Assembly (NCBI GenBank): GCA_027036355.1
Contig: JALVQZ010000250.1
Location: 3,596-67,595 of the forward strand
Length of the DNA: 64,000 nt
Direction of reading: 5' to 3'
DNA from: Acidimicrobiia bacterium
GTDB taxonomy: Bacteria; Actinomycetota; Acidimicrobiia; Spongiisociales; UBA5794
In this document: positions 38,822 through 48,937 of the stretch, in pieces
Layout: each line of letters begins with the position of its first letter
Numbering within the stretch: position 1 is the stretch's first letter
Position numbers and translations under genes: made by a program
Notes under the pieces: generated by a model
Told to the model about the DNA's origin: nothing
The model's input: the letters and a program-made list of their open reading frames with translations, nothing else
The model's database searches: none

Positions 38822-40576
38822 GTGGACATCCGTCTCCCCGCCGCAGTGGCGACCGACGACGAACGCCGCGCCGTCGACCGGATCCTGGGACCGCCGACGA
38901 CCGGATGGGAGGGCGGTGAACGGCGCCGTGTCGACGGTCACGTCGCGACCGGCGGCCACGCGGCCCGGGCTCGTCGCCATCTCCTCCTGCCCGTGCTCCA
39001 CGCCCTCCAGGACGACATCGGGTGGATCTCCGACGGCGCGGTCGGGTACGTCTGCGAGCGCCTCGTCGTTCCCGCGGCCGAGGTCTACGGGGTGGCGACC
39101 TTCTACGGGCTCCTGTCGGTGGCCGAGGCGCCGCCCGTCGCCATCCATCTCTGCGACGACATCGTGTGCCGGACGGCAGGAGCCAAGGAGCTGTTCACCG
39201 CACTGGCGGACACCGTCGGCCCCGAAGGCTCCTCGGACGGCAGCCGCACGTGGCATCGGAGCAACTGCCTGGGACAGTGCGACGCGGCTCCCGCAGCGTT
39301 CGTCCAGGCGGCCGGAGAGGGGCGACGGACCGTGATCCGGGCCGATCTCGACCGACTCGCCGCAGCGCCGACCGACGACCGCGAACCGGCCTACGCGGTG
39401 ATCGGCGATCCGGTGCTGACGGCCCGGTTCGGCGCCGCCGACCCGGGCGACCTGGACGCCTATCGAGCTTCCGGCGGGTACGTCGCGCTCCGTCGAGCCC
39501 TCGAGATCGGTCCCGACGCCGTCGTCGCCATCGTCGAGGCGTCGGGACTTCGGGGTCGTGGCGGCGCCGCGTTCCCGACCGGTCGCAAATGGCGGGCGGT
39601 CGCGGACACCGAAGCCGCCGAACGCCTCGTCGTATGCAACGCCGACGAGTCCGAGCCCGGAACGTTCAAGGACCGCATGCTGATGGAGCGCGACCCCTTC
39701 GCGGTCGTCGAAGGCCTGACCATCGCCGGTCACGCCACCGGGGCCACGAAGGGCTTCATCTACGTGCGAGGCGAGTACCCCGACGCCGAGAACCGACTGG
39801 TTGCCGCCATCGAGGAAGCCGAAGCGGCCGGCCTCCTCGGCGACGACGTCCTCGGCTCCGGGTTCCCGTTCCACATCGAGCTGCGCCGCGGCGCGGGCGC
39901 CTACATCTGCGGTGAGGAGACGGCGCTGTTCGAGTCCATCGAGGGCTTCCGAGGCGAACCGCGAGCCAAACCCCCGTACCCGACGACCGACGGCCTGTTC
40001 GGGAGACCGACGGCCGTCAACAACGTCGAGACCCTGGCGGCGGCCGTCGCGATCGTCGCCGAGGTGCCGGGTGCGGCGAACACGAAGCTGTTCTGCGTCT
40101 CGGGGCACGTCGAGGCCCCCGGGGTGGTCGAAGCGCCCTTCGGGGTGACCGTGCGGGAGCTGCTGACGGTGGCCGGATCCGCTCGTCCCCCTCAGGCCGT
40201 CCTCTTCGGAGGTGCGGCCGGTCGGTTCCTGGCCCCCGCCGAACTCGACGTTCCGCTCGGGTACGAGCCGCCGTCGCCGCCGCTGGGCTCGGGCGCGGTC
40301 GTCGCGTTCGGTCCCGGCGTCGACATGGACGACGTCGTCCAGCGGATCGCCGAGTTCTTCCGAGACGAATCGTGCGGACAGTGCGTCCCGTGCCGGGAAG
40401 GGACGGTGCGCCAGGACGAAGCCCTTCGTCGTCTCGTCGCCGGATCCGACGAGCGCGGTCTGATCGACGAGATCGCCCGGGTGATGCGGGACGCGTCGAT
40501 CTGCGGGCTCGGCCAGACCGCGGCCGAGGCGGTCACCTCGGCGATCGCCCTGGGACTGGTCGGAGGGGCGCGATGA
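38822..40576 (+). CDS. NAD-linked formate dehydrogenase beta subunit: fused NuoE-like (2Fe-2S) and NuoF-like (FMN/NADH, 4Fe-4S) domains
   Basis: 584 aa. The N-terminal thioredoxin-like 2Fe-2S Cys pattern is followed by GRGGAAFPTGRKW, the glycine-rich NAD/FMN motifs and the C-terminal 4Fe-4S ESCGQCVPCREG of NuoF/FdsB proteins. Confidence 0.85.
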   Translation: MDIRLPAAVATDDERRAVDRILGPPTTGWEGGERRRVDGHVATGGHAARARRHLLLPVLHALQDDIGWISDGAVGYVCERLVVPAAEVYGVATFYGLLSVAEAPPVAIHLCDDIVCRTAGAKELFTALADTVGPEGSSDGSRTWHRSNCLGQCDAAPAAFVQAAGEGRRTVIRADLDRLAAAPTDDREPAYAVIGDPVLTARFGAADPGDLDAYRASGGYVALRRALEIGPDAVVAIVEASGLRGRGGAAFPTGRKWRAVADTEAAERLVVCNADESEPGTFKDRMLMERDPFAVVEGLTIAGHATGATKGFIYVRGEYPDAENRLVAAIEEAEAAGLLGDDVLGSGFPFHIELRRGAGAYICGEETALFESIEGFRGEPRAKPPYPTTDGLFGRPTAVNNVETLAAAVAIVAEVPGAANTKLFCVSGHVEAPGVVEAPFGVTVRELLTVAGSARPPQAVLFGGAAGRFLAPAELDVPLGYEPPSPPLGSGAVVAFGPGVDMDDVVQRIAEFFRDESCGQCVPCREGTVRQDEALRRLVAGSDERGLIDEIARVMRDASICGLGQTAAEAVTSAIALGLVGGAR

Positions 40577-41418
40577 CCGACCGCCACACGGTCCAGATCG
40601 ACGGCGTCGCCGTGGTCGTCGAAGCCGGCGCCACGATCCTCGACGCCTGCCGCGCCGGCGGTGTCGACGTCCCGACCCTGTGCTACCTCGAGACGCTGAC
40701 CCCGGCCAATGCCTGCCGTCTCTGCTCGGTCGAGGTCGAAGGAAGCCGCACGCTGGTTCCCGCGTGTTCCCGGATCGCCGAGGACGGGATGGTCGTCCAC
40801 ACCGGATCGGACCGGGTCCGGCATGCTCGGCGCATGATCCTGGAGTTCCTCGGAGCGGCCGTCGACCTGACGACGGCGCCCGAGCTGCTGGAGGCCATGG
40901 CCGCCTACGGGGCCGACCCGTCCCGGTATGGGGCCGGGGGAGGGTCGCCGAGGTCGAGCGCCGTCGTCGACAACGACCTGTACGTCCGCGACCTCGACAA
41001 GTGCGTGCTGTGCTACCGCTGCGTCGAGGCGTGCGGGGACGATGCCCAACACACCTACGCGATCACGATCGCCGATCGCGGCGCCGGTGCCCGGGTGGCC
41101 ACCGAATTCGACGTGGCGCTGCCCGACTCGGCGTGCGTCTTCTGCGGGAACTGCGTCGCGGTGTGCCCGACCGGAGCGTTGATGGTCAGGACCGAGTTCG
41201 ACATGCGCGCCGCGGGAACGTGGCACGAGGACGTCCAGACGGTGACCCGGACGGTCTGTGGGTACTGCGGGGTCGGCTGCAACCTCGACGTGCACGTGCA
41301 AGACGGGGCCATCGTCAAGGTCACCTCACCGTTCGACCACGACGTCACCTCAGGGAACCTCTGCATCAAGGGCCGGTTCGGGTGGACCCACGTCCGAGCC
41401 GGCGTCGACGGGAGCTGA
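40573..41418 (+). CDS. NuoG/FdsA N-terminal-like Fe-S subunit (2Fe-2S ferredoxin + 4Fe-4S clusters + molybdopterin-oxidoreductase Fe4S4 domain), separate from the catalytic subunit
   Basis: 281 aa. ATG 40573 overlaps the upstream stop (ATGA). Motifs LCYLETLTPANACRLCSVEV, CVLCYRCVEACGD, CVFCGNCVAVCPTGAL, VCGYCGVGCNLDV...CIKGRF. Confidence 0.8.
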   Translation: MTDRHTVQIDGVAVVVEAGATILDACRAGGVDVPTLCYLETLTPANACRLCSVEVEGSRTLVPACSRIAEDGMVVHTGSDRVRHARRMILEFLGAAVDLTTAPELLEAMAAYGADPSRYGAGGGSPRSSAVVDNDLYVRDLDKCVLCYRCVEACGDDAQHTYAITIADRGAGARVATEFDVALPDSACVFCGNCVAVCPTGALMVRTEFDMRAAGTWHEDVQTVTRTVCGYCGVGCNLDVHVQDGAIVKVTSPFDHDVTSGNLCIKGRFGWTHVRAGVDGS

Positions 41419-41523
41419 CCCGGTCGGACCCGCGGCGAGGAACTGTCACCGCGGTGACACTCGAGGGTGATCCGTGTCCTTCCACGCGTTGACGGATCGG
41501 GACGCTGCGGAAGGAGAAAGATC

Positions 41524-42471
41524 ATGACCGCAACCCTCGACAAGATCGTCCACCCGGACGTCGAGTATCAAGAGAAGACGAACCATCGCAAGATCGGGAT
41601 CGGTCTCGGAGTCGCCGGCCTGCTGCTCGGGATGGTCGTGGCCGTCCTCGGCATCGTCGCCGGCAACCTCGTCGGCGGGGCAGGGGACGAGCAGACGGTC
41701 GCCCAGCTGAAGGCCGTCGCCTTCGGGCTCAACACGACGGCCCTGCTCCTGCTCAAGACCGGCATCGCGGTCGTCCTTCTCGGCATCCTGGTGCGGATCT
41801 GGATCCGCGTGGACAGCGTGCGTCAGTCGCTCGCCGTCCTCAAGCCCGAGGCCGAGGTGGGAACCATCGCGACCGGACCGATCGACACCGAGCACGGGGC
41901 GGCAACGGTGACGACGACCGCACCCGAACGGATGGCGCTGCACCGCATGGCGAACACCATGTGGGCGCCGATGGCGGTCATGGGCGTCATGGCGGTCCTC
42001 GGCGGCCTCGTCGTGTCGTGGGTGTGGGCCGGCAACGTCGGCACCCGCACCGGCCTCGGTGCGGCGGCATGGACCCAGGGATTGCAGTTCCTCGGAGAGG
42101 GCTTCATCCTGTCGTCCATCGCGTTCCTGCTCGCCTCCATCCTGAGCGCGCTGCGCGAAGGCGGCGGCGAGGTCCAGGAAGCCCTCGGGATCCCGGTCAA
42201 GACTCTCGAGATGCCGGCGACGGCCAAGGCCTTCGTCGTGCTGATGATGATGGGACTGATGATCGAGATCGCGCAGTTCGGTCTCTACGTGTACATCACG
42301 ACCTTCGACGACCTGGCGCGGTACACGCTGTGGTCATCGTGGCTCGGCCCTCTCCGGGAGCTGGGCCTCGGCCTGCTGCTGGCGGGCATCGTGCTGGCGC
42401 TGGCGACCATCGCCAACGCCCTCGGATTCCAGTTCAACCGTATCCGCGACATCGTCGTCGCAGGGAAGTAG
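41524..42471 (+). CDS. Integral membrane protein (hypothetical), paralog 1
   Basis: 316 aa. ATG 41524 follows gaaggagaaa. Six or more hydrophobic helices. It begins MTAT like the next gene. Confidence 0.5.
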   Translation: MTATLDKIVHPDVEYQEKTNHRKIGIGLGVAGLLLGMVVAVLGIVAGNLVGGAGDEQTVAQLKAVAFGLNTTALLLLKTGIAVVLLGILVRIWIRVDSVRQSLAVLKPEAEVGTIATGPIDTEHGAATVTTTAPERMALHRMANTMWAPMAVMGVMAVLGGLVVSWVWAGNVGTRTGLGAAAWTQGLQFLGEGFILSSIAFLLASILSALREGGGEVQEALGIPVKTLEMPATAKAFVVLMMMGLMIEIAQFGLYVYITTFDDLARYTLWSSWLGPLRELGLGLLLAGIVLALATIANALGFQFNRIRDIVVAGK

Positions 42472-42480
42472 GAGGATCTC

Positions 42481-43098
42481 ATGACCGCAACCACACACGG
42501 ATTCGACGTCGAGACGTCCGCTGCGGCGTTCGACAAGATCCTCCCCCAGAAGGCGGGGACGGCCCTGTGGGCGCCGGCGTTCGTCATGGCGTTGGCCGGC
42601 TTCGTCGGAGGCATCGTCCTCCACATCGTCAAGGCCACGGCGATCGCCGACGGCGACGCCGTCCGGGCGGTGACGCTCGGGAACCTCGGTACCGCATCGA
42701 TGTTCTTCGGGTTCACCATGGTCTTCTCGGCCATCGCCTTCGCCATCGCTCGGATCCTCGGAGAGTTCCGGGTCGGCGGGAGCGGCGTTCAGGCCTCGCT
42801 CGGCGGCGGCGTGAAGGTGCTCCAGATGCCGGTCGTCGGCAAGGCCTTCATCGGGCTCATGGCGATGGGGATGATGATCATCCTGGCCGGTGTCATCGGC
42901 CACGTCGTCGTGGCGATCCAGGTGAACTCGGGGACCATGCCCCTGCTCCAGGCCGAGCAGTGGGATTGGTGGCTGGAAGCTGCCCGCCGGTTCGGCGTGC
43001 AGGTCTACCTGTTCTCGATCCTGCTGGGTCTCGCCACGATCATCTACGTGGTCCGCTTCCAGACCATCAGGATCCGGGAACTCGCCCAGATCGGCTGA
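42481..43098 (+). CDS. Integral membrane protein (hypothetical), paralog 2
   Basis: 205 aa. Clear similarity to the C-terminal half of the preceding gene (KAFVVLMMMGLMIEI vs KAFIGLMAMGMMIIL; QVYLFSILLGLATI vs LGLGLLLAGIVLALATI). Confidence 0.5.
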   Translation: MTATTHGFDVETSAAAFDKILPQKAGTALWAPAFVMALAGFVGGIVLHIVKATAIADGDAVRAVTLGNLGTASMFFGFTMVFSAIAFAIARILGEFRVGGSGVQASLGGGVKVLQMPVVGKAFIGLMAMGMMIILAGVIGHVVVAIQVNSGTMPLLQAEQWDWWLEAARRFGVQVYLFSILLGLATIIYVVRFQTIRIRELAQIG

Positions 43099-43159
43099 AC
43101 GGGGACCGAGCGGACGTTGCGATGGAGGGCCACCGAACGGTGGCCCTCCATCGCGTCCG

Positions 43160-44467
43160 TCAGTCGAGCCGCGGGACCGTGTCGAGCGCGGAGATCTCCG
43201 GCAGGCCCTGCGCCGCGCACGCCGCCTTCGGGGACGCACCCACGATCGCATCGGCCGGCTCGGCGAGGCGGCGCAGCGCGACCAGGATCGGCAACGCCGC
43301 CGCGGTGACGACGCCGGCCGTCACGTAGCCTGCCGCGAGACCCTGCCGATCCGACAGGCGTCCGAGGCCGACCTGGCCGAGCACGCTTCCGCCCGAGCCG
43401 ATCATCGAGTCGAACGACACGACGGTGGCCCGCTCGCTCGAAGGGATCACCTGATGCAGGTACCCCTGCTTCACCGGCGACAGCACCCCCGTCGCTCCCA
43501 TCACCACCAGCAGCAGCGCGGTCGCCACCCAGAACGACGACGTGAGACCCATCCCCGCCGCGGCGGCGGCTTCCACCCCGACCGCCCACATCAGCAACGT
43601 CGATCGCCGGCCGCAGACGCGGGTCAGGCGATCGGCGATGGCGTTGCCGAGCATCATCGCCACCGCGATCGCCCCCGCTACGGCGCCCGCCACCCACACC
43701 GCATCGGCATCCAGCAGCTCCAGCAGGTACGGAGGCCAGGCATAGAACATCCAGGTGAGGACGCCGCCCTGGACGAACGAGAAGCCCATGAGCATCCGGA
43801 CCGACCGCCGGTCCCATCCGTGGCGGATGCCCGCGAGGGCGATCCGGCGCATCTCGGACGGGTACGCACCCAGCGGGATCTTGCGGGTCTCGAACCCCAC
43901 GTCGTGCATTCCCGCCAAGGCCAGTGAGAACACGACCACCAGCAGCACCGCGCGAACGACGTAGGGCAGCGCCAGGGACGCCTGCCCGAGGAAGCCGCCG
44001 CCGACGGTCCCCACTAGCATCGCCGCTCCGGTCACGTAGCCGCCCTTGGCGAACACCGAGTCCAGCGGACCGTCGAAGCCGGTCGTCGCCAAGGCATCGA
44101 CGAGCCACGCCTCGACCGCTCCCGAATAGAACGTGAAGCCCAGTCCGAGGAGCACCGACGCCGCCGAGAACGCGACGACGCCGGCCTGGATCTCGTACAG
44201 CCACAGGTACGCCAGCGTGCCGGCGAACAGCACCACGATCGAAGCCAGGAACGAGACCCGCCTCCCCGACGTGTCGGCCACGACGCCGGTGGGGATCTCG
44301 AAGAGCATCATCCCGGCCGTGAACGCCGCGTTGGCCACGAACACCTCGGTGATCGTCAACCCGGCCGCGAGGAGGAACAACGTGTTCACCCCCCAGATGA
44401 GCGACGCCGACAGCGTGTAGAGACCGGCGATGGCGAGGTACGTGCCGATGACGCGTCGAGAGCTCAC
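43160..44467 (-). CDS. MFS transporter
   Basis: 435 aa with 12 predicted TM helices. MFS-like GRR loop motifs (ADTSGRRVSF, ADRLTRVCGRRST). Confidence 0.75.
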   Translation of the reverse strand: MSSRRVIGTYLAIAGLYTLSASLIWGVNTLFLLAAGLTITEVFVANAAFTAGMMLFEIPTGVVADTSGRRVSFLASIVVLFAGTLAYLWLYEIQAGVVAFSAASVLLGLGFTFYSGAVEAWLVDALATTGFDGPLDSVFAKGGYVTGAAMLVGTVGGGFLGQASLALPYVVRAVLLVVVFSLALAGMHDVGFETRKIPLGAYPSEMRRIALAGIRHGWDRRSVRMLMGFSFVQGGVLTWMFYAWPPYLLELLDADAVWVAGAVAGAIAVAMMLGNAIADRLTRVCGRRSTLLMWAVGVEAAAAAGMGLTSSFWVATALLLVVMGATGVLSPVKQGYLHQVIPSSERATVVSFDSMIGSGGSVLGQVGLGRLSDRQGLAAGYVTAGVVTAAALPILVALRRLAEPADAIVGASPKAACAAQGLPEISALDTVPRLD

Positions 44468-45227
44468 CGTCCGACCCTAGGCCACACGGCGTCCGGCGGC
44501 GCCGATCTGTCGGCAACGCGCCGGTCGTTCGCACGGTGGATTCAACTGGTCGTTGCAACACCTCGATGTGGAGGTGTGCGATGGGACGGCCAGCTGGGTG
44601 GATGGTGAAGCTGACGGGGCGGGCGCCGATGAAGTCGCCTGGGAAGCTCCCCGGTCGTCAGCCCCTCCCTAGTGCCGTCGTCGATGTCGGCCTGGGCCAT
44701 CCACCGGCCCAGCACGCGAGCTCGGAGACCCCCCTGGATCCTCAGCCAACAGACGGATCGGCTTCGGCCGCCACCGTCGCCAACTCCACCGCCCTTCGCC
44801 GGAACTCCGGCGGGAACGCTGCAGGCATCCGCCTCTCCTCTCCGAGACCCCTCAGGCCTCACACGATACGTGTCCGGAGAAACGGGGGAAGCTCACAGCG
44901 CTATGACTCCCGGGGGGCACGATCCTAGCTTCCCGGCCCCCGCCGTGCTCGGGGACGACCGCGGCGGCCACCCCTCACCGGTGATCGCGACCCCGATGCC
45001 ACGGAGCCGGGGACGCGGTCACACACCCTGGACCCGGCAAGCGGCACGGGCGGCCCGGAGCACCGTCGGGAAGGGGTGAGCAGGGCCGGTGGGGGCGCGT
45101 TCAGTGAGTGTTCAGTGGCCGCTGATACGGTGCCCGGCAAAGTCGAGCGAGATCCCAACGCCACCCAACCGGCGTCATGCCCGCCCGACGCCGCGCCGTG
45201 ATGCCGTCGAGAAATAGGGGAGACACC

Positions 45228-46799
45228 ATGTCGGAGAGATCGAGTACCGGTGGTGCAGGTCCGGTGAGGGGCTCGAAACCGGGGCGCTCCCCGTCGACGC
45301 GCCGCTTCGGGATAGCCGTGCTGGTGGCGGCAGGACTGCTGCTCGCAGCCTGTGGAGGCTCCGTAGAGGACACCGCCACGACGCTGCCCCCCACCACGGT
45401 GGCGCCCGCCGCCGCCCCGGTCCCCGACGAACTGGCACTCGGCGCCGAGGTCACGTTCCGCATGCCCGACGACGCCACCTCCCAGCGCCTCACCTTCGAG
45501 GTGCCCCCAGGCGGCGTCGTCACCCTCGCCGTCGAGGGAGCCGCAACGAACGCTGCGGTGGCCTCGGTCGCCGTCGGGCCGACGGGCCAGACGGTGTCGC
45601 GCGTCGACGTGGACCCCGGTGAGACCGCAGCCCCGTTCCGTTACGTCACCAGCACCGACGGCGGCGGGACCTGGGCACTGGACATCCAGAGCAGGTCCGG
45701 CGACTCGGTCACCCTCCTGGTCGACGCACCCGTCCAGGCCGACGGCGGAAGCCCGGGAGACGCAGGTCCGAACGCAGCAGATCCCAAGCCAATCGACACC
45801 GCCACCGAGCTCACCGGCCTGCTCGGAGACGCGGACAACGAGGACTGGTACGTGATCCCGCTCGCAGGCGGCGACATCGTAGCGGTGACGGTCGCCGTGC
45901 CACCCGGCGACGGGACCGCGAGCGTCTTCGGTGACCTCGTCTACAACGGCAACCAGGTCGCCTCGTTCTCCGTCAACGAGGGCGGCGAAGAGTCCATGCG
46001 GCAGATCTTCGCCGGGGACCAGACCGGCGAAACGTACCTGCGCGTCTCGGGCATCGGGGACTACAGCTTCACCGTGGAGGTCGGACCCCAGACCGACGGC
46101 GGGAGCGAGGGGGACGCCGGCGGGGACCTCGCCGACGCCAAGGACGTCGGCTTCGGGGACGTCTCCGGGATCCTGGGAGGAGACGACGCGCAGGACTACT
46201 ACGTGGCGAACCTGCCCAAGGACGCCGTGATCGTCGGGACGTTCACCTCGTCGCCCGAAGCGCTCGGGGAGCTGCGCATCGAGCTGATCCACAACGGTGC
46301 GAAGTTCACAACGGCCAGCCTCAACCCCGGACAGAGCGAAGAGATGACCTTCGCCCAGGTCAACGGCGAAGGCGACCAGCTCTACATCCGGGTAGCGAGC
46401 CAGGGCGGCGAGTACACCATGACCCTCGAAGCAAGCACTCAGCCGGACGGCGGCGACGGCACGGGGGATGCCCAGGACGAACCGGGACTCGCGAAACAAA
46501 TCGCTCCCGATGCCACCTTCGACGGCATCATCAACAACACGGGGAGCATCGACCCACGGGACTTCTACACCTTCACGGCGGCCGCAACCGGCGTGCTCAC
46601 CCTCGATGTGTCGGTCGACGCCCGGGTGGGGGCCGACACCCGCATCCAGGTCAGGGATGACGCCAACGTGAAGGTCGCAGACTTCAGCGTCGGACAGGGC
46701 GGGTCGTCCACGGCGTCGATCGACGTCACCGAAGGCACCGTGTACGTGATGGAACTCACGACCCCGGGCCAGGCGCGTTACACGGTGGCGTTGCGATGA
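45228..46799 (+). CDS. Lipoprotein with four pre-peptidase C-terminal (PPC)-like repeats
   Basis: ATG 45228 follows aggggagaca. Signal LLLAACGGS. Four modules of about 105 aa each begin [QT]xDGG[SD]xGDAG and contain DxDWYVIPL/YYVANL/FYTFT motifs. Confidence 0.6.
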   Translation: MSERSSTGGAGPVRGSKPGRSPSTRRFGIAVLVAAGLLLAACGGSVEDTATTLPPTTVAPAAAPVPDELALGAEVTFRMPDDATSQRLTFEVPPGGVVTLAVEGAATNAAVASVAVGPTGQTVSRVDVDPGETAAPFRYVTSTDGGGTWALDIQSRSGDSVTLLVDAPVQADGGSPGDAGPNAADPKPIDTATELTGLLGDADNEDWYVIPLAGGDIVAVTVAVPPGDGTASVFGDLVYNGNQVASFSVNEGGEESMRQIFAGDQTGETYLRVSGIGDYSFTVEVGPQTDGGSEGDAGGDLADAKDVGFGDVSGILGGDDAQDYYVANLPKDAVIVGTFTSSPEALGELRIELIHNGAKFTTASLNPGQSEEMTFAQVNGEGDQLYIRVASQGGEYTMTLEASTQPDGGDGTGDAQDEPGLAKQIAPDATFDGIINNTGSIDPRDFYTFTAAATGVLTLDVSVDARVGADTRIQVRDDANVKVADFSVGQGGSSTASIDVTEGTVYVMELTTPGQARYTVALR

Positions 46800-47902
46800 C
46801 GGCGCAGAGCCGGAGACGGAGGCGCCGATGGTTCCCCGTGGCACTCGCCGGGTTCGCCATCGTTGCTGCATCCGTGCCGGCCGCAGCCCAGGTGCGGTCG
46901 CCTGCAGACTACGTCGGATCTCCCTCCGACCTGTTCCCACCCCCCGGCGTCTACGTCGGGACGATCGAACAGGCCGTCGACGTTGGTGGCTTCATGGGGG
47001 ACGGGATCACGCTTGCCTACGCCGGGAGCTGGAACGGCCCGGCGACCTACACGATCGCCGATGACGTCACAGGAGAGGGCACCTGGAGTCTCGAAGCGAC
47101 CGGGACGATGACCTTCAGCGGCAAGTTCAGTGGGACGCGGTCGTTCTCCATGTCCGAGTCGGGTTCCCTCGACGGTGGGAACCGCGGGTTCCTGATGAAG
47201 GGCTCCGGCTCCGGAACCTCGTCGGGATCCGGCGGATCCGTCACCCTGACCCCCTGGTCGGTGGGCCCGTACGAGGTGAACTTCACCCTCATCGACTGCA
47301 ACCTCGTGTGGGCGGAGTTCGCCCCCGACCTGCTCGAGCTCGCCAGAGGCGTCGGATGGAAGACGGGCTGGGTCGAAGGCCAGTACTACCTCACGAGGGT
47401 TCCCGAGCCGGGCGACGAAGCGCAGTACTCGGCCGAGATGCAGGCTGCCCGCAACTCCCTGCAGTGGACCACAGGTGCAGTCAATGATCTCCTCGATGTG
47501 ACCTTCGCTGCAGCAGAAGCCGGCCAACAACCGGACATGACCGGGTTCGCCCCGCTCCTCGCCAGCATGGAGGAAGACCTGACCCGTGTCGCCCGCCTCG
47601 GCAGGTGCCGAGACGACGACACGAAAGCGGCGCAGTGGCGTACGACGTGGTCGAACGCCATGCTCGACAACCTCCTGGCGCTGCTGGCCTTGTCAGGTGA
47701 GACCATCACCTACTCGGGGGAGACGCTCAACGAGTTCATCACGCTGGCCGCTCGCGCCGGGTCACTCGGGCAGGGAAGCGCCTCCGGGCAGGCACAGGCG
47801 TTCGACGCCGCACTCGGTGACGCCATGGCCGACACGTTGAGCGCCCAAACGGGTCAAGACGCCGCGGTCGCACGAGCGGACCGGCGAATGGGGAACGGCT
47901 GA
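46796..47902 (+). CDS. Tat/Sec-secreted hypothetical protein
   Basis: N-terminal SRRRRRRWFPVALAGFAIVAASVPAAAQ, followed by a Gly/Ser/Thr-rich region. Overlapping start/stop with its neighbours indicates an operon. Confidence 0.5.
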   Translation: MTAQSRRRRRRWFPVALAGFAIVAASVPAAAQVRSPADYVGSPSDLFPPPGVYVGTIEQAVDVGGFMGDGITLAYAGSWNGPATYTIADDVTGEGTWSLEATGTMTFSGKFSGTRSFSMSESGSLDGGNRGFLMKGSGSGTSSGSGGSVTLTPWSVGPYEVNFTLIDCNLVWAEFAPDLLELARGVGWKTGWVEGQYYLTRVPEPGDEAQYSAEMQAARNSLQWTTGAVNDLLDVTFAAAEAGQQPDMTGFAPLLASMEEDLTRVARLGRCRDDDTKAAQWRTTWSNAMLDNLLALLALSGETITYSGETLNEFITLAARAGSLGQGSASGQAQAFDAALGDAMADTLSAQTGQDAAVARADRRMGNG

Positions 47903-48420
47903 TGGCCCTCCGACGCCGGATCACGAACGCGGTGATCGTCGCTGCAGGCATGGCGGTCGTCGTGGCTGCGTGTTCGGGTGGCGCCACCGACGGGCCCGCC
48001 GAGGGATCCGGCACCACGGCGAGCCCGACGACGTCGGCCGCTACGGATCCGACGAGTACCACGACCACACAGCAGGCATCGACGACGACAACGATCCTCG
48101 AAGAGGAGCTGTTCCTCACCGGTCTCGACGTGCCCGAGATCGAGCAGCTCACACCACGATCCGGGGTCGGTCACCGGCCGTTGCTCGAATGGGTATCCGT
48201 CCCTGGAGCCGGGAGCTACGAGGTGACGTTCTTCGACGAGGACGGCTTCCTGTACTGGGCATGGACCGGCAACGAGACGTCGGTGTACCTGGGCGGTGTG
48301 GCCGCCCCCGATGGTACACCCGGACCCGCGGCGCTCGAAGGGATGTCGTGGGCCGTCGTGGCCCTCGACGACACGGGGGCCGTGATCGCCCAGAGCAGGG
48401 TCCGGTCGATCGCACGGTGA
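47902..48420 (+). CDS. Lipoprotein (hypothetical)
   Basis: MALRRRITNAVIVAAGMAVVVAACSGG lipobox, then a Thr-rich linker. 172 aa. Confidence 0.5.
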   Translation: MALRRRITNAVIVAAGMAVVVAACSGGATDGPAEGSGTTASPTTSAATDPTSTTTTQQASTTTTILEEELFLTGLDVPEIEQLTPRSGVGHRPLLEWVSVPGAGSYEVTFFDEDGFLYWAWTGNETSVYLGGVAAPDGTPGPAALEGMSWAVVALDDTGAVIAQSRVRSIAR

Positions 48421-48448
48421 GCAAAACGACCATCGCACGGCGCACCGT

Positions 48449-48766
48449 TCACCCCGTGCGTCGTGCCTGGGTGATGGCGACGCATGCCGCGTCGACCTCG
48501 AAACCCGCCGTCTCGGTGTCGACACAGACGGTGACGACGACGGTGTCCGAGCCCGACCAGTACTCACAGCGCGTCGTGTCCGGCCCCGACTCCGAGGTGC
48601 GGTCCCACCCCTCGAGCACAGCATCGAAGAACGCGATGAGCCGCAGATAATCGTCGAGCGGGTACACGACGGCGACCGTGACCACGGTGGTCGACGCGTA
48701 GGCGGCCGTGATCGTTCCACCCTCCGGGATCGGGATCTCGAGGCTCGTCGGTGCCCCATCGGCCAT
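48449..48766 (-). CDS. Small hypothetical protein (105 aa)
   Basis: C-terminal part of ORF 48449..49285, starting at ATG 48766 (MADGAPTSLEIPIPEGGTITAAYAST...). The upstream part of that ORF is artefact. Confidence 0.3.
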   Translation of the reverse strand: MADGAPTSLEIPIPEGGTITAAYASTTVVTVAVVYPLDDYLRLIAFFDAVLEGWDRTSESGPDTTRCEYWSGSDTVVVTVCVDTETAGFEVDAACVAITQARRTG

Positions 48767-48937
48767 GCGTTCGTCCCTTCCCGGGCGCTCGTGGCTCCAC
48801 GGGCGCCTCATCGCCAGCGGTGCGCCGGGGTCCCCCGATCCCCGGGGACCGTACCCCGCAGGCGTGTCGTTCCTCCCCTCGGGGCCCTGGTAGCGTACGC
48901 CGTCACGCTGAACGATCACTGAACGAAGGGGGCGTGC

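Noticed and set aside
44536-45176. ORFs 44536..44928 and 44672..45079 in the gap between the MFS and PPC-lipoprotein genes
   Set aside because: Pro/Arg/Ser-rich and overlapping in different frames. More likely a promoter/intergenic region for the divergent genes than coding.
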